A stretch of 64,000 nucleotides of DNA, from NCBI GenBank assembly GCA_041691775.1, contig JBEPUB010000013.1, positions 11,913 through 75,912 of the forward strand, read 5' to 3'. How positions within the stretch are numbered: the stretch's first letter is position 1; each line of letters opens with the position of its first letter. The position numbers and the translations under genes were made by a program. Positions 10,121 to 22,958 of the stretch are shown here, piece by piece. The notes beneath the pieces were generated by a model. That model searched no databases and was not told the DNA's origin. It was given only the letters and a program-made list of their open reading frames with translations. This stretch comes from Gemmatimonadota bacterium (lineage in GTDB: Bacteria > Gemmatimonadota > Gemmatimonadetes > Gemmatimonadales > Gemmatimonadaceae).

Positions 10121-10315
10121 ATGAAGGAGCCAAAATCGAAAGCGCGCCATTCACCGGCGCCAGAAACGGGGGATCCCAAGGATCCAAAGGCAGCCAAGCA
10201 GGACAAAGTCGATGGTAACCCGCCGTTCACGACCAAGTGGGGCATCACCAGCCCCAAGTTCGGCAGCGCCGGATCCGGCGGTGCAGAGGACTCGCCGGGA
10301 CCCGAAGCCGACTGA
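10121..10315 (+). CDS. small hydrophilic hypothetical protein (64 aa)
   Basis: ATG at 10121 is preceded by GGAGG (10112-10116) with a 4-nt spacing. It is a Lys/Pro/Gly-rich sequence with GC-rich third codon positions. I recognise no family. Confidence 0.35.
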   Translation: MKEPKSKARHSPAPETGDPKDPKAAKQDKVDGNPPFTTKWGITSPKFGSAGSGGAEDSPGPEAD

Positions 10316-10407
10316 CACTGACTACCGGAGGTTGACATTTCCCAGCGCCCCCGGACGCACAATACGAACGGGATCCGCCACGGTCATAGAGCATTGAAGT
10401 CCACAAA

Positions 10408-11340
10408 CTAGCCATTTTCGGACATGGCTTTGGCGGCACCTCCGTTCGATCCACGTTTTGCGCTGAGCGCCTCGAAGCCCGAGACGACGTCGAACAGTTC
10501 TTCATCAATGGCACTTTGGCGCACACGGTGAAACGTTCCGGTAAGCGTCTCCAACAACTCGTCGATGTTCTTGTCCGCGCGCTGCATGGCGGCAAGACGG
10601 CTGGCGTTCTCGCTTGCAAGCGACTCGGCGCACGCTCGGAAGAGCGAGATGAACAGATACTCATCGACGAACATGCGTAGCGTCAACGAAGCGTCACCGA
10701 GAACCTGGGGAATACTTTTGGTCGGCCAGGGGGTTTTGGCCACGCCTTGTTTCCACTGCGCGTCGAGAGGCAATAGCCGAAGGCCAACAGGTTCATAGAG
10801 CGCACCGGCAAGCGGACGATTGTGGAAGACAAAAAGCCGCGCGTATTCTCCTTTGGCTCGATGCGCTTCGCTTTGGATCTGAATCTGTCCGACGAGCGGC
10901 GTGATGGCGTTAACTGAATTCGGCACGTCGAAAAGCCCCACCACCGGTATCCCGGCGTCGACCAGCCGCGCGCGAACGCGTTCACCGACGGCCCATACTT
11001 GGGGTGTGGCTGGAAGTGTCGCGAGGCTCTTTATCGCGTAGTCGGCGACCACTTCGTTGAACTGTCCGACCAATCCCTGATCAGAACCAAACACAATGGC
11101 GCCAACAGCGCTCGCATCGGGTTTTCGGCTCTGCCCTGCTGCTGACGTGGTAGCTTTGGTTTCCCGAAAGCAGGCTTCCAGTCCCAGCTCCACGGTTCGA
11201 TAGTAGTCGGCCAACGCTCGCACAGAATTCTCGTACTGCGTGATACTCGATGCAGCCAAGACTTTCATCGTGCGGACGACAGACTGAAGCTCGCCAGCAC
11301 TGCTAACCTTTCGTCGCAGGCTCGACGTCGTGTCACTCAT
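10408..11340 (-). CDS. atpG: N-type ATPase gamma subunit
   Basis: 310 aa with a gamma-like N-terminus ([25 protein letters not shown]) and C-terminus ([19 protein letters not shown]). ATGA overlap with atpA. It is the last gene of the N-ATPase order. Confidence 0.85.
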   Translation of the reverse strand: MSDTTSSLRRKVSSAGELQSVVRTMKVLAASSITQYENSVRALADYYRTVELGLEACFRETKATTSAAGQSRKPDASAVGAIVFGSDQGLVGQFNEVVADYAIKSLATLPATPQVWAVGERVRARLVDAGIPVVGLFDVPNSVNAITPLVGQIQIQSEAHRAKGEYARLFVFHNRPLAGALYEPVGLRLLPLDAQWKQGVAKTPWPTKSIPQVLGDASLTLRMFVDEYLFISLFRACAESLASENASRLAAMQRADKNIDELLETLTGTFHRVRQSAIDEELFDVVSGFEALSAKRGSNGGAAKAMSENG

Positions 11341-12971
11341 GATTTCCCCTTTACCGCTGGAGCGGCCACCGGATTGACTTCAGGCCTGGGTTCTGGTTTA
11401 ATCGCGGTGTCGGCTTTGGCTGGCGGCGTGGCGGCGGGCTTTGGCTGGAAGCTGATGAGCGCCTTACGCGCAATTTCGATAATCGCATTACGGTCGTCAT
11501 CGCTCAACTTGTCGGCCGATACGAACCGTGCAGAGACCTCCGCTGGAATACTCGACGCAGCGGCCTCCACGGCGTTTTCAGCAACGGTCATTTTTTCAAG
11601 CGGCACCGCGTCGAAGAGTTCCGCCGTCAACGCGAGGAGAACCGTAATCTGTGCAGGCACCGAGACTGGTGTGAATTGCGGTTGCTTGAGACACGCACGA
11701 ATGCGCCGTCCGTGTTCGATACTCTTGCGGGTGCTCTCGTCCAGACGTGCGCCGAATCGTGCGAATGTCTCCAGCTCCTCGAATTGCGCGTAGGCGAGCT
11801 TGAGGTCTCCCGCCACCGCGCGATAGGCAGCGCGTTGCGCCTTGCCGCCGACACGCGAAACCGATTTCCCGACGTCGACCGCCGGCAGCACGCCGAGTTC
11901 GAACAGCGATGGCGAAAGATAGATTTGCCCATCTGTAATGGAAATGAGATTTGTCGGGATGTAGGCGGAGATGTCCTGCGCCTCCGTCTCGATGATTGGT
12001 AGCGCGGTGAGTGAACCGCCGCCAAGCTCGGTGCGCAAGTGTGTGGCGCGCTCAAGCAGACGCGAGTGGATGTAGAAGATGTCGCCGGGAAATGCCTCGC
12101 GACCCGGCGGTCGACGCAGCAACAGGGACAATTCGCGATAGGCACGCGCGTGCTGCGTGAGGTCGTCGTACACGATCAGGACGTCGCGCCCCGCTTCCAT
12201 GAAATGTTCCGCGATGCTGGTGGCGGCGTAGGGCGTGATGTACTCAAGCCCGGGCGCGTCGTTGCCCTCGGCCACCATCACCACGGTGTAGTCCATCGCT
12301 CCTCTCTCCCGGAGCGTGGCTATGACTTTCGCAACCGCCGACGCGCGCTGGCCGATGGCGCAATACACGCAAATGACGTTCTGGCCGCGCTGATTGAGAA
12401 TGGCGTCGATCGCAATGGCCGTCTTGCCAGTCTGGCGGTCGCCCAGAATCAACTCTCGCTGGCCACGTCCGATGGGAATGAGCGCATCGATGACTTTCAG
12501 GCCGGTTTGCAGAGGCACGGTCACCGGTGCACGATCCATGATCGCAGCCGCGGGGCGTTCGATAGGTAGGCGGGCGCTGGTGCCCACCGGTCCATTGCGA
12601 TCAAGTGGCCGACCGAGAGGGTCGATGACACGTCCAAGCAATTCATCGCCGACTGGCACGTCCATAACGCGCCCCGTACGCTGCACTTCATCGCCAGCCT
12701 GCAGGTGCCAAAATTCACCAAGGAGCACGACGCCGACTTCGGCTTCGTCCACGTTGAACGCGATGCCGAAGACGCCGCCGGGAAACTCGAGTATCTCGTC
12801 GTAGCCGACGCCGGGAATGCCGCTGACCCTCGCGATGCCGGTGGAGATACTCGTGATCGTGCCCACCTCCCGCGGTGACAGTTGCGGCGTGAAGGCATCG
12901 CGCGCCTTATCGATTCCCGCGAACGTGCGATCGAAGACGCTCTGCAGTGATTCAGGCTCGGCGGTCGTCAT
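11337..12971 (-). CDS. atpA: N-type ATPase alpha subunit, with a 35-aa Pro/Ala/Lys-rich C-terminal tail
   Basis: 544 aa with Walker A GDRQTGKT and typical alpha blocks ([19 protein letters not shown]). ATGA overlap with atpF. Confidence 0.93.
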   Translation of the reverse strand: MTTAEPESLQSVFDRTFAGIDKARDAFTPQLSPREVGTITSISTGIARVSGIPGVGYDEILEFPGGVFGIAFNVDEAEVGVVLLGEFWHLQAGDEVQRTGRVMDVPVGDELLGRVIDPLGRPLDRNGPVGTSARLPIERPAAAIMDRAPVTVPLQTGLKVIDALIPIGRGQRELILGDRQTGKTAIAIDAILNQRGQNVICVYCAIGQRASAVAKVIATLRERGAMDYTVVMVAEGNDAPGLEYITPYAATSIAEHFMEAGRDVLIVYDDLTQHARAYRELSLLLRRPPGREAFPGDIFYIHSRLLERATHLRTELGGGSLTALPIIETEAQDISAYIPTNLISITDGQIYLSPSLFELGVLPAVDVGKSVSRVGGKAQRAAYRAVAGDLKLAYAQFEELETFARFGARLDESTRKSIEHGRRIRACLKQPQFTPVSVPAQITVLLALTAELFDAVPLEKMTVAENAVEAAASSIPAEVSARFVSADKLSDDDRNAIIEIARKALISFQPKPAATPPAKADTAIKPEPRPEVNPVAAPAVKGKS

Positions 12972-13786
12972 TGCTTGACTTCCGGGGCAGTTTCATCAGG
13001 CTTGACTTGAGCGGGGATCTTTGGCTTGACGTTCTCTTTCAGAAGTTCGCCAACGCCTTGTTGCAGTGACGCGAGGTAATCGCCGATGCTCCACGCTACT
13101 TTTTGCCCGTTGGCCGTTAGTTCGATGCCGCTGACCAGGTCCGGCGAAGTCTCGAACTGCAGATGGATATCCGCCGAGAATGTTTCATTGATCGCGGTTT
13201 GGATTGCAGCGCGCTGCTCCGGGGGCAGATCAGTCGAGCTGCGTACGAGCGCGGGTCCAGTATTCGTTTTGAGGGCCTTGCCGAGGTCGTCCTTTGGCTG
13301 GCCATTCATTGCGCGCAGGCGGTGCGTGAACACACCGACCATGCGTTCCTCCAACGTTGTATCGGCGAGATCCGTCAGCGCCTTGCGAGCGATTGCAAAT
13401 ACTTCTTGCTGCGCCCGAAGACTGATGGCTTGATTCAGGCGATCGGCTTCGTTGCTTAGCGCTGCCTGTCGCGTGACGCTCAAGGCATCTGCAGTCTTGT
13501 GCGCTTCGTCAATTAATCGCTGGCGCTCAGCGTTCGCTTCTTCGGTCGCCTTGTTGAGCAGGTCCCCGCGTTGCTTGTCGAAGTCCTCGTTTTTTTGCTG
13601 GAATTCGTCGTGCTCTTCTTGTGCCTCCGCCTTTTTTGCGTCGGCGTCCGCCAATTCCTTTGCAATTCGTTTTTCCCGCTCGTCGATGGCGTGCAGTATG
13701 GGCTTGTAAAGGAAACGCTTCATCAACCACACCAGGATAAGGAAGTTGAGCGCCTGGGCGCCGACTGTGAACCAGTCGATCAGCAT
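12968..13786 (-). CDS. atpF: N-type ATPase b subunit, long form with a delta/OSCP-like C-terminal half
   Basis: 272 aa with an N-terminal TM helix ([22 protein letters not shown]) and a charged coiled-coil. The C-terminus ([26 protein letters not shown]) resembles delta-subunit C-termini. The operon has no separate delta gene. Confidence 0.8.
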   Translation of the reverse strand: MLIDWFTVGAQALNFLILVWLMKRFLYKPILHAIDEREKRIAKELADADAKKAEAQEEHDEFQQKNEDFDKQRGDLLNKATEEANAERQRLIDEAHKTADALSVTRQAALSNEADRLNQAISLRAQQEVFAIARKALTDLADTTLEERMVGVFTHRLRAMNGQPKDDLGKALKTNTGPALVRSSTDLPPEQRAAIQTAINETFSADIHLQFETSPDLVSGIELTANGQKVAWSIGDYLASLQQGVGELLKENVKPKIPAQVKPDETAPEVKQ

Positions 13787-13790
13787 CGGT

Positions 13791-14072
13791 TCACTTCCCT
13801 ACCGCCTGGGTAATGACGTGACTCCAGAACGGGTTGGCGAAAATGAGAATCATCGAGACCACGAAGCAGTAAATGGCCGTGGACTCGATCATCGCCAAAC
13901 CGACAAAGAGCGTGCGTGTGATTGTGGCTGACGCATCCGGTTGCTGCGCCAGCGCCGCCAGCGCCGACGCTACCGAGCGCCCTTCCCCCAGCGCTGGCAT
14001 CATGCATCCAATACCTGTTGTCAGGCCAGCGGTGACAATCGAGGCAACTGCAATAAGGGTCATGCTATCCAT
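13791..14072 (-). CDS. atpE: N-type ATPase c subunit (proteolipid)
   Basis: I prefer the start ATG 14072, preceded by AAGGAG with a 5-nt spacing. It is a two-helix hairpin with the loop AQQPDA and the ion site IESTAIY. It aligns well by eye to the Ilyobacter tartaricus c subunit. Confidence 0.9.
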   Translation of the reverse strand: MDSMTLIAVASIVTAGLTTGIGCMMPALGEGRSVASALAALAQQPDASATITRTLFVGLAMIESTAIYCFVVSMILIFANPFWSHVITQAVGK

Positions 14073-14085
14073 CGGGTCTCCTTGG

Positions 14086-14784
14086 TTATTTCGTGATCGG
14101 TTCAACTATGGGCGCCGACTCGCGCGTGCGCGTGGCCGCGGCGATATACACCGCAGCCAGGATGCTGAAGATGTAGGCTTGTACCATGCCGGTGAGCAAT
14201 CCGAGTGCGGTCATGACGATCGGAAAGATGAAAGGCGTGATGGTAAGTAGAATGGCGACGATCATCGCGCCGCTCATCATGTTTCCGAACAGACGCACTG
14301 CCAGCGCCAGAGTACGTGACAGCTCGCTGATGATGTTGAATGGCAGCATGATGACGGTCGGCTGCGCATACGATTTGAGATAGCCACCGAAGCCTTGATC
14401 CTCGATGCCGAACAGCGGGACGGCCACGAATACACACAGTGCCAGTGCTGCGGTCGTCGATAGCGAGGCCGTCGGCGGCTCATAGCCAGGAATGACAATG
14501 CAGACGCTCGCGAGTGCGATAAAGAGAAAAAGCGTGCCCAGAAAGCCGAGATATTTCTCGGGATGTCTGAGGCCGACTTCTCCTATCTGTTTTTCGATCC
14601 CGGTCACAACGATTTCGAGGAGATTTTGCCAGCGAGACCGATGCAGCTCGACCGACAGCTTGCGCGTGATGAGTTTTGAGCCTATCACCAGCACGAGCAT
14701 CAGTGCCCATGTAAACGCAATGGTTGCGTTGAGCTTGAAAGCGCCGTAGTGCCAATAGACTACCTGATCGGGACTAAGATGCAT
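14086..14784 (-). CDS. atpB: N-type ATPase a subunit
   Basis: 232 aa, polytopic, with the essential Arg motif LALAVRLFGNMMSG. Confidence 0.88.
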   Translation of the reverse strand: MHLSPDQVVYWHYGAFKLNATIAFTWALMLVLVIGSKLITRKLSVELHRSRWQNLLEIVVTGIEKQIGEVGLRHPEKYLGFLGTLFLFIALASVCIVIPGYEPPTASLSTTAALALCVFVAVPLFGIEDQGFGGYLKSYAQPTVIMLPFNIISELSRTLALAVRLFGNMMSGAMIVAILLTITPFIFPIVMTALGLLTGMVQAYIFSILAAVYIAAATRTRESAPIVEPITK

Positions 14785-15091
14785 GGCTTCCCTGCGCTAC
14801 CGGAGGCTGGCTGCCTTCAACACGTGGTCGCGTCAGCCAGGTCACGATGAGACGCGCCATGACAAATCCGACAAGGCAGCTCACGATACTTTGCCACCGA
14901 TGGCTGCGCGCGATCACAAAGAAACCAGCCAGGACAATGCCCATGCGCGCCAACAAGCTGCCAAAGAACCACAAGGCCGCCCGATCGGACGAAACGCCCT
15001 TGCCAATCGTCCACCAGAGACCGCCGAAGAAAATCGCGCCGAGGATCAATCCAGCAATCAACGCCGGCACCAGTGCTACAGTTTCATCCAT
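14774..15091 (-). CDS. atpR: N-ATPase accessory subunit AtpR
   Basis: The true start is the internal ATG at 15091 (MDETVALVPALIAGLILGAIFFGGLWWT), which overlaps the atpQ stop by 8 nt. It is about 105 aa with 3 TM helices, in the diagnostic position between atpQ and atpB. The upstream part of ORF 14774..15298 is the alternative frame of the atpQ repeat. Confidence 0.75.
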   Translation of the reverse strand: MDETVALVPALIAGLILGAIFFGGLWWTIGKGVSSDRAALWFFGSLLARMGIVLAGFFVIARSHRWQSIVSCLVGFVMARLIVTWLTRPRVEGSQPPVAQGSHAS

Positions 15092-15453
15092 CGTGATTCT
15101 CCTGTTCGTCATGCAGCTCGTCATGCGTCTCGTCATGCGTCTCGTCATGCGTCTCGTCATGCATCGCCTTTTGTTCATTCGCGACCCAGTGCCACGCGTT
15201 GAGGCACCCGACTGACAACCCTGCCACCAGGAGCGCAAGCGTCCAGGAATGGCCGGCTGGATGGTGCTTGTCCAGCCAAAGACCAAGTGCTGCTCCAAGC
15301 AGCGTAGGAACGACCACCGACCAACCGATCAGTCCGATCATGCCGAGCCCGGACCAGACGTCCTGCGTCGAATTACGAGCGTCGATTTTGCGCGTCGCCT
15401 TCGCGCCGATCAGGTTGGCGAAGTCGTCGCTTGCGGGAATCTTCCCGGGATCT

Positions 15454-15461
<8 letters not shown>
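15084..15461 (-). CDS. atpQ: N-ATPase accessory subunit AtpQ (AtpI-like, ATPase_gene1 type) with a repetitive (HDET)n C-terminal tail
   Basis: 125 aa with two TM helices (GLGMIGLIGWSVVVPTLLGAALGLWLD ; WTLALLVAGLSVGCLNAWHW). It sits after atpC. The tail reads MHDETHDETHDETHDELHDEQENHDG. Confidence 0.75.
15107..15166. repeat. 12-bp tandem repeat, 5 units (3 perfect cgtcatgcgtct plus 2 degenerate)
   Basis: Read directly: cgtcatgcagct / cgtcatgcgtct x3 / cgtcatgcatcg. It encodes the HDET repeats at the end of atpQ. Confidence 0.9.
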
Positions 15462-17293
<1,832 letters not shown>

Positions 17294-19720
17294 TCAGGCT
17301 GAGTGGTTCCATGTCCAATTGCGAATCTCCGGCATGTCCTGGCCGTGTTCGTTGATGTACCGCTTGTGTTGGATCAGCTTGTCGGCCATCAATTGCTTGA
17401 GATACGCGCCCGGACCGCCGAGGTTTGGGACCCGATCTACAACGTCCTGCACGAGATGGAAACGGTCCAGGTCGTTCTGCACCCGCATGTCAAACGCCGT
17501 GGTGATCGTTCCCTCTTCCTTGTATCCACGAACATGCATCTTGTGATTGGTGCGGCGGTAAGTCAGTCGGTGCACCAGCCATGGATAGCCGTGAAATCCA
17601 AACACGACGTGCTTGTCGGTGGTGAAGAGCGAGTCGTAGTCGATGTCGCTCAGCCCGTGCGGATGTTCGGACTTGGGCTGCAGCTTCATCAGATCGACGA
17701 CGTTGATCACCCGGATTTTCAATTCGGGAAGATGCTCGCGCAGAATGGACACCGCGGCGAGAATCTCCAGCGTGGGTGTGTCGCCGCAACAGGCCATCAC
17801 GACGTCGGGCTCACTGCCCTGGTCGTTGCTCGCCCACGGCCAGATGCCGATGCCTTCCGTGCAATGGGTCACGGCGGCATCCATGGTCAGCCACTGCGGC
17901 AACGCGTGCTTGCCGGCCACGATGACGTTGACGTAATGCCGACTGCGTAAGCAGTGGTCAACGACCGACAGCAGGCAGTTGGCATCGGGCGGCAGATACA
18001 CGCGCACCACATCTGCCTTCTTGTTGACGACGTGATCGAGAAAGCCCGGATCCTGGTGCGTGAATCCGTTGTGGTCCTGCTGCCAGACGTGCGACGCCAA
18101 CAGATAGTTGAGCGATGCTATGGGCCGGCGCCACGGCAGCTCACGCGTGACCTTGAGCCACTTGGCGTGTTGGCTGAACATCGAATCGACAATGCGCACG
18201 AACGCTTCGTAGCAGTTGAAGATGCCGTGTCGCCCGGTGAGCAGGTAACCTTCCAGCCATCCTTCGCACTGATGCTCGCTGAGCATCGAATCGTGGACCA
18301 TGCCTGACGGAGCGAGGAACTCGTCGTTCGGGATCGTTCGTGCGTCCCACTGGCGATTGGTGGTCTCGAAGACTGCACCGAGTAGATTGGACAGCGTCTC
18401 GTCGGGACCGAAGACGCGGAAGTTGCGATGCTCCTTGTTCAGCGTGACGACGTCACGGAGGAAACCTCCGAGCACGAGCGTATCCTGCGCGGTGACAGCG
18501 CCGGGTGCCAGCACCGTAACGGCGTGTGCGCGGAAGTCCGGCATCTGCAGGTCGCGCAGCAGGATGCCTCCGTTGGTATGTAGGTTGGCGCCCATCCGCC
18601 GATCGCCCTTGGGCGCAAGCTCGGCAAGCTCCGCCACAAGCCGCCCGTGTTCGTCGAACAACTCCTCCGGCCTGTAGCTCTTCATCCAGGCTTCCAGCAG
18701 CTTGACGTGATCGGGGTGCTCGGGATCAACCAGGATCGGCACCTGATGTGATCTAAACGTCCCTTCGATTTGCAGACCGTCGACCGCTTTCGGCCCCGTC
18801 CAGCCTTTCGGTGACTTGAGCACGATCATCGGCCAGCGCGGCCGAGTGGTGTCGTTCCCAGTGCGCGCATTCTCCCGGATCCTCCGGATCTCCTCGATGA
18901 CTTGATCCAGCGTCGACGCCATCAACTCATGCATCTTGTCCGGATCGTCGCCTTCAACGAACCACGGCGTCCAGCCGCAGCCGCGGATGAACTGCTCCAG
19001 CTCCTCGTGCTCGATGCGCGCCGGGATGCTCGGGTTGCTGATCTTGTATCCGTTGAGATGCAGAATCGGTAGCACCGCGCCGTCGGTGATCGGATCGAGC
19101 AGCTTGTTGGAGTGCCACGCCGTCGCCAGCGGTCCGGTTTCCGATTCGCCGTCGCCGACGACGCAAGCAACAATCAAATCCGGATTGTCGAACACCGCGC
19201 CAAATGCGTGGCTGAGCGAATATCCCAACTCACCGCCCTCGTGAATCGACCCCGGTGTAGTCGGTGCCACATGGCTCGATATGCCGCCCGGAAACGAGAA
19301 CTGCTTGAACAGCTTCTTGAGTCCCGCTTCATCCTGCGTGATGTTGGGATACACCTCGCTCCAGGTACCCTCGAGATACACGTTGCCGACAATCGCCGGA
19401 CCGCCGTGACCTGGGCCGGCGACGTAGAACATGTCGAGATCGTATTTCTTGATGACCCGATTCAGATGCACGTAGATGAAGTTCTGGCCCGGTGTCGTAC
19501 CCCAATGACCGACAACCAGTGGCTTCACGTCTGACAGCTTCAGCGGCTCCTTCAGCAGCGGATTGTTGTACAGATAAATCTGGCCGACCGAGAGATAGTT
19601 GGCGGCTCGCCAGTATGCATTCATTTTCTGAAGCAGGTCTGGAGCTAGAGTCGCCGCTTCTGTGTTCATGGATGTTGCGTTCATTGAAAGCACAGTAATG
19701 GGATCATGTTCGTTCATCAT
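17294..19720 (-). CDS. xfp: xylulose-5-P/fructose-6-P phosphoketolase
   Basis: Signatures [15 protein letters not shown] and [16 protein letters not shown], and an N-terminal [15 protein letters not shown]. The ORF opens at GTG 19738. ATG 19720 gives an N-terminal length typical of Xfp, so the start is uncertain by about 20 nt. Confidence 0.92.
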   Translation of the reverse strand: MMNEHDPITVLSMNATSMNTEAATLAPDLLQKMNAYWRAANYLSVGQIYLYNNPLLKEPLKLSDVKPLVVGHWGTTPGQNFIYVHLNRVIKKYDLDMFYVAGPGHGGPAIVGNVYLEGTWSEVYPNITQDEAGLKKLFKQFSFPGGISSHVAPTTPGSIHEGGELGYSLSHAFGAVFDNPDLIVACVVGDGESETGPLATAWHSNKLLDPITDGAVLPILHLNGYKISNPSIPARIEHEELEQFIRGCGWTPWFVEGDDPDKMHELMASTLDQVIEEIRRIRENARTGNDTTRPRWPMIVLKSPKGWTGPKAVDGLQIEGTFRSHQVPILVDPEHPDHVKLLEAWMKSYRPEELFDEHGRLVAELAELAPKGDRRMGANLHTNGGILLRDLQMPDFRAHAVTVLAPGAVTAQDTLVLGGFLRDVVTLNKEHRNFRVFGPDETLSNLLGAVFETTNRQWDARTIPNDEFLAPSGMVHDSMLSEHQCEGWLEGYLLTGRHGIFNCYEAFVRIVDSMFSQHAKWLKVTRELPWRRPIASLNYLLASHVWQQDHNGFTHQDPGFLDHVVNKKADVVRVYLPPDANCLLSVVDHCLRSRHYVNVIVAGKHALPQWLTMDAAVTHCTEGIGIWPWASNDQGSEPDVVMACCGDTPTLEILAAVSILREHLPELKIRVINVVDLMKLQPKSEHPHGLSDIDYDSLFTTDKHVVFGFHGYPWLVHRLTYRRTNHKMHVRGYKEEGTITTAFDMRVQNDLDRFHLVQDVVDRVPNLGGPGAYLKQLMADKLIQHKRYINEHGQDMPEIRNWTWNHSA

Positions 19721-20933
19721 GCGCTGCGTTGCCGCCACTCACGTCCAGTCCAAGTACACTGCACACCGAGCGCGCAATAACGAGCTCTTCATCCGTACGA
19801 ATGACCCGAACGGTGACACGGCTCGCATCCGTAGAAATCACGGCCGCGCTCTCCGCATTGCGCGCGGCATGCAGTTCGACGCCGAGGAAGCCCAGTCCAT
19901 CGCAGATACGCGCGCGCACGACCGGCGCGTTCTCGCCGATGCCCCCGGCAAAGACGAGCGTATCCAATCCACCAAGCGCCGCGGCATATGAGCCGATGCG
20001 TTTCTTTATCTCGTAGCAAAACAGCGCGACCGCTTCTGCCGCACGCACGTCATGCGCTTCGTGCTCGAGCAGGTCACGCATGTCCGAACTTGTCTCGGAC
20101 ACGCCGAGGAGTCCCGATTGTGAGGTGACCATCTCGTTGAACTGCTTGGCGCTCATGCGTTCGGTGCGGGCGAAATACCACGCGAGTGCTGGATCGAGAT
20201 CGCCCGACCGCGTGCCCATCGGCACGCCGGCTGTGGGAGTGAAACTCATGCTAGTATCCACGGACTTACCGTCACGCACCGCCGCCAGACTCACGCCGTT
20301 GCCAAGATGGCCCAGAACAACTCGACCTCGTGCCACGTGCGATCCAGCCAGGCGGGCGAGTTCTCCGATGAGGAATTCGTACGACAGTCCGTGAAACCCA
20401 TACCGCCGCACTCCCTTTGCCTCATACCGGCGCGGGATAGGTAGCAGTTGCGCCACCCGAGGCATGTCATGGTGAAACGCCGTGTCGAAGCACGCTACCT
20501 GGGGGATCGCGGGGAAGCGCCGATGAAATGCCTCGGTCACCAGGATCTCCTCCGGCAGATGCTCAGGATCGAATGGGCTGAGCCGGCGTAACTCCTCGAT
20601 TATTTCCGGAGTGATCCACTGGGGACTGCTATACTTCGGGCCGCCATCAACCACTCGATGTCCCACTGCAGTTATTGCGTCGCGCTCGGTGTGTTCATCG
20701 ATCCAGTCCAGCAGGGCGTTCACCGCGACGGTGTGGGTTGGCGCCGTCATTGGTTGGGAAACGTTGTCCGCTGAGTTCACAGCCGTCGCGCGAAATGTTG
20801 ACCCCGGCTGGCCAATTCGCTCAATTCCACCCTTCAGCAGACGCCGGAACGACTCACCGGCTTCGAATAACGCAAACTTGAGGCTGGACGAGCCTCCGTT
20901 GAGCGTCAATATGCGTGGGCTAGCGGTTGCCAT
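19704..20933 (-). CDS. ackA: acetate kinase
   Basis: 409 aa with motifs [20 protein letters not shown] and [11 protein letters not shown]. Confidence 0.92.
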   Translation of the reverse strand: MATASPRILTLNGGSSSLKFALFEAGESFRRLLKGGIERIGQPGSTFRATAVNSADNVSQPMTAPTHTVAVNALLDWIDEHTERDAITAVGHRVVDGGPKYSSPQWITPEIIEELRRLSPFDPEHLPEEILVTEAFHRRFPAIPQVACFDTAFHHDMPRVAQLLPIPRRYEAKGVRRYGFHGLSYEFLIGELARLAGSHVARGRVVLGHLGNGVSLAAVRDGKSVDTSMSFTPTAGVPMGTRSGDLDPALAWYFARTERMSAKQFNEMVTSQSGLLGVSETSSDMRDLLEHEAHDVRAAEAVALFCYEIKKRIGSYAAALGGLDTLVFAGGIGENAPVVRARICDGLGFLGVELHAARNAESAAVISTDASRVTVRVIRTDEELVIARSVCSVLGLDVSGGNAAHDERT

Positions 20934-21677
20934 GAACGGCTCGCGCCAACGGGACCTGTATCGATGTCGAGAAATACACTTGTGATTGCAGAAGCCGCGA
21001 CATTGCCTTTTCTTCCATCGACCTGCTCATTACTGGGCACTCGATCCAGCACAGGCGATTGCGCTGGCCGCGCGATGTCACAAGATCAGGCAGTGATCCC
21101 TGTTCACAAGGCATTTAGTAAGCCACCTTCAGTAAAGCGGCAGCCGTAGCGAGCCGAAGTCCGACCCGCCTCAAGTGGCGACCCCGCGGCGTTTCGCGCG
21201 GGCCACTGTAGGCAGTTGATCTACCACCGTCCCACGAATATGGCAAATCAAATGAAAAGACTTCACATGCGGATTGCGATTGGTGCAGTGATTCTTCTGC
21301 TCGTCGGCGCCTTCTGGTTTTATCGCATCAGTTTCCTTGGGCGATAAACGGCGGCTCGCAGCGGACTGCGTTCTCGGGCTGGTAAAGACGCGAAAGGACC
21401 AGCGGAGCGATGGCGAAAGCACGACACTGTTCTTGCACGTACTCGACGCGTACAGGGCACGCGGAGACCGTAACGGCTACTGAATCCCTTGGCTGCTGGC
21501 GCTGCTCGGCGTAGCCCTAAGAGAGCGCAACGTTAGGATGGACCCAACCAACAACATGCTCCATGCCTCGGCCGCTAGCAACCTCAAGCAACAGTCAGTG
21601 ACCGGCGAGTAGGCCGGATTTCGGTGCCGGCGTGAGGCGCTGGGCCACGGACATACCGTGCAGCCGCCGAATCGCAC

Positions 21678-22013
21678 TCATGCGCGCTCCTCTGCGCGCC
21701 GAAGCGCCTCCGTGCGGCCCAGGGTGTTCTCGATCAGCGAAACCAGACTGTCGGCTGCGCCGTGGACGGCGAGCGGAATCGTGTCGGCATGGTGAGTCGC
21801 TGCGATCGGCTGGCGCCCTGCAATGCGAGCCTCCAAAGTGCAGCGTATGTCGTCATGGCCACTCTTCGGGCCATTCTCGTCCGCAAGATGCACTTCCACC
21901 CGCGTGATGTTATCGCTGAACCGTTCCAAGGCAGACGCGATGACTTCCTTAATTTCTGTCGCCATCGGCTCGCGCACCTCTGTATTGGGGCCGGTACTGA
22001 TCTGGATCAGCAT
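21678..22013 (-). CDS. HPF/RaiA-family ribosome-associated (hibernation) protein, short form
   Basis: 111 aa. The pattern IQISTG..EV.E.M..EIKEVIASALERFSDNITRVEVHLADENG resembles S30EA/sigma-54-modulation proteins. It starts 3 nt after the PPK2 stop. Confidence 0.6.
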   Translation of the reverse strand: MLIQISTGPNTEVREPMATEIKEVIASALERFSDNITRVEVHLADENGPKSGHDDIRCTLEARIAGRQPIAATHHADTIPLAVHGAADSLVSLIENTLGRTEALRRAEERA

Positions 22014-22016
22014 GCA

Positions 22017-22958
22017 TTACTCCTGGTTTTGTGATTGAATACTCGGCCCATTTTCGGGCACCGCGTCGGGATTCCGTCCGGACTGCCCCTTTGACAATGC
22101 CACGCGAGCCTCCTCCAGCTCGCGCTGACGCTTCGCCGTCGGCCGCGGGTACGCCATCTTGAGTCCGTCGAGCGCATCGAGAACGATCCGGGACACAATT
22201 AGTCGGGCATTGTCCTTATCGTCGGCGGGCACCACGTACCATGGAGCATGATGCGTGCTCGTTGCCTGGAGACACTCCGCATACACCGTCATATACTTGG
22301 GCCAGAAGGCGCGTTCGTGGATGTCTGAGAGACTGAATTTCCAGTGCTTGCCTGGCTCGTCCAGACGGTCGAGAAATCGCCGTCGCTGCCCTTCGTACGA
22401 CAGATGAAGAAAGATCTTGACGACCCGAGTGCCGTTGCGGTGAAGATGCTTTTCCAACTGCTTGATCGAGCGATACCGGTCCTTCCAGAACCGGCCGCTG
22501 TCAGGCTCGGGATCGGGAAGCCGCTCGTTTAGCAGCAGCTCCGGATGAACACGCACCACGAGCACTTCCTCGTAGTAGGAGCGATTGAAAATTCCGATTC
22601 GTCCCCGTTCCGGAAGCCGACGATCGGTCCGCCAAAGAAAATCATGCTCCAATTCCTCTGCACTCGGCTGCTTGAAGGAGAATACTTCGCAACCCTGCGG
22701 ATTGACCCCCGACATGACATGACGGATGGCGCCGTCTTTCCCGGCCGCATCCATTCCTTGAAAGATCAGCAACAAGGCGTAACGATTGGACGCGGCGTGC
22801 AGACGCTGCAGGTCACTCAACCTGCTGACGTGTTCGGCAAGGAGATGCTCGTATTCTTTTTTTGAGTCGCAGAAGGCCTTCACGCTGGTCGGCCACTTCT
22901 CAAGATTGACCTTCGCCCCGGGCTTCACCTGGAAATCGTGGGACTCGATGGTGCTCAT
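22017..22958 (-). CDS. ppk2: polyphosphate kinase 2 family protein
   Basis: 313 aa with PPK2 Walker-A-like [15 protein letters not shown] and the lid region [18 protein letters not shown]. Confidence 0.88.
   Translation of the reverse strand: MSTIESHDFQVKPGAKVNLEKWPTSVKAFCDSKKEYEHLLAEHVSRLSDLQRLHAASNRYALLLIFQGMDAAGKDGAIRHVMSGVNPQGCEVFSFKQPSAEELEHDFLWRTDRRLPERGRIGIFNRSYYEEVLVVRVHPELLLNERLPDPEPDSGRFWKDRYRSIKQLEKHLHRNGTRVVKIFLHLSYEGQRRRFLDRLDEPGKHWKFSLSDIHERAFWPKYMTVYAECLQATSTHHAPWYVVPADDKDNARLIVSRIVLDALDGLKMAYPRPTAKRQRELEEARVALSKGQSGRNPDAVPENGPSIQSQNQE

Noticed and set aside
21093-21108. aGTGAtccctgtTCACa, a CRP/FNR-like dyad about 165 bp upstream of ackA
   Set aside because: The half-site spacing is 7, not the 6 of TGTGA-N6-TCACA, and it does not fit TTGAT-N4-ATCAA. 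It is too weak to call without a genome-wide motif.
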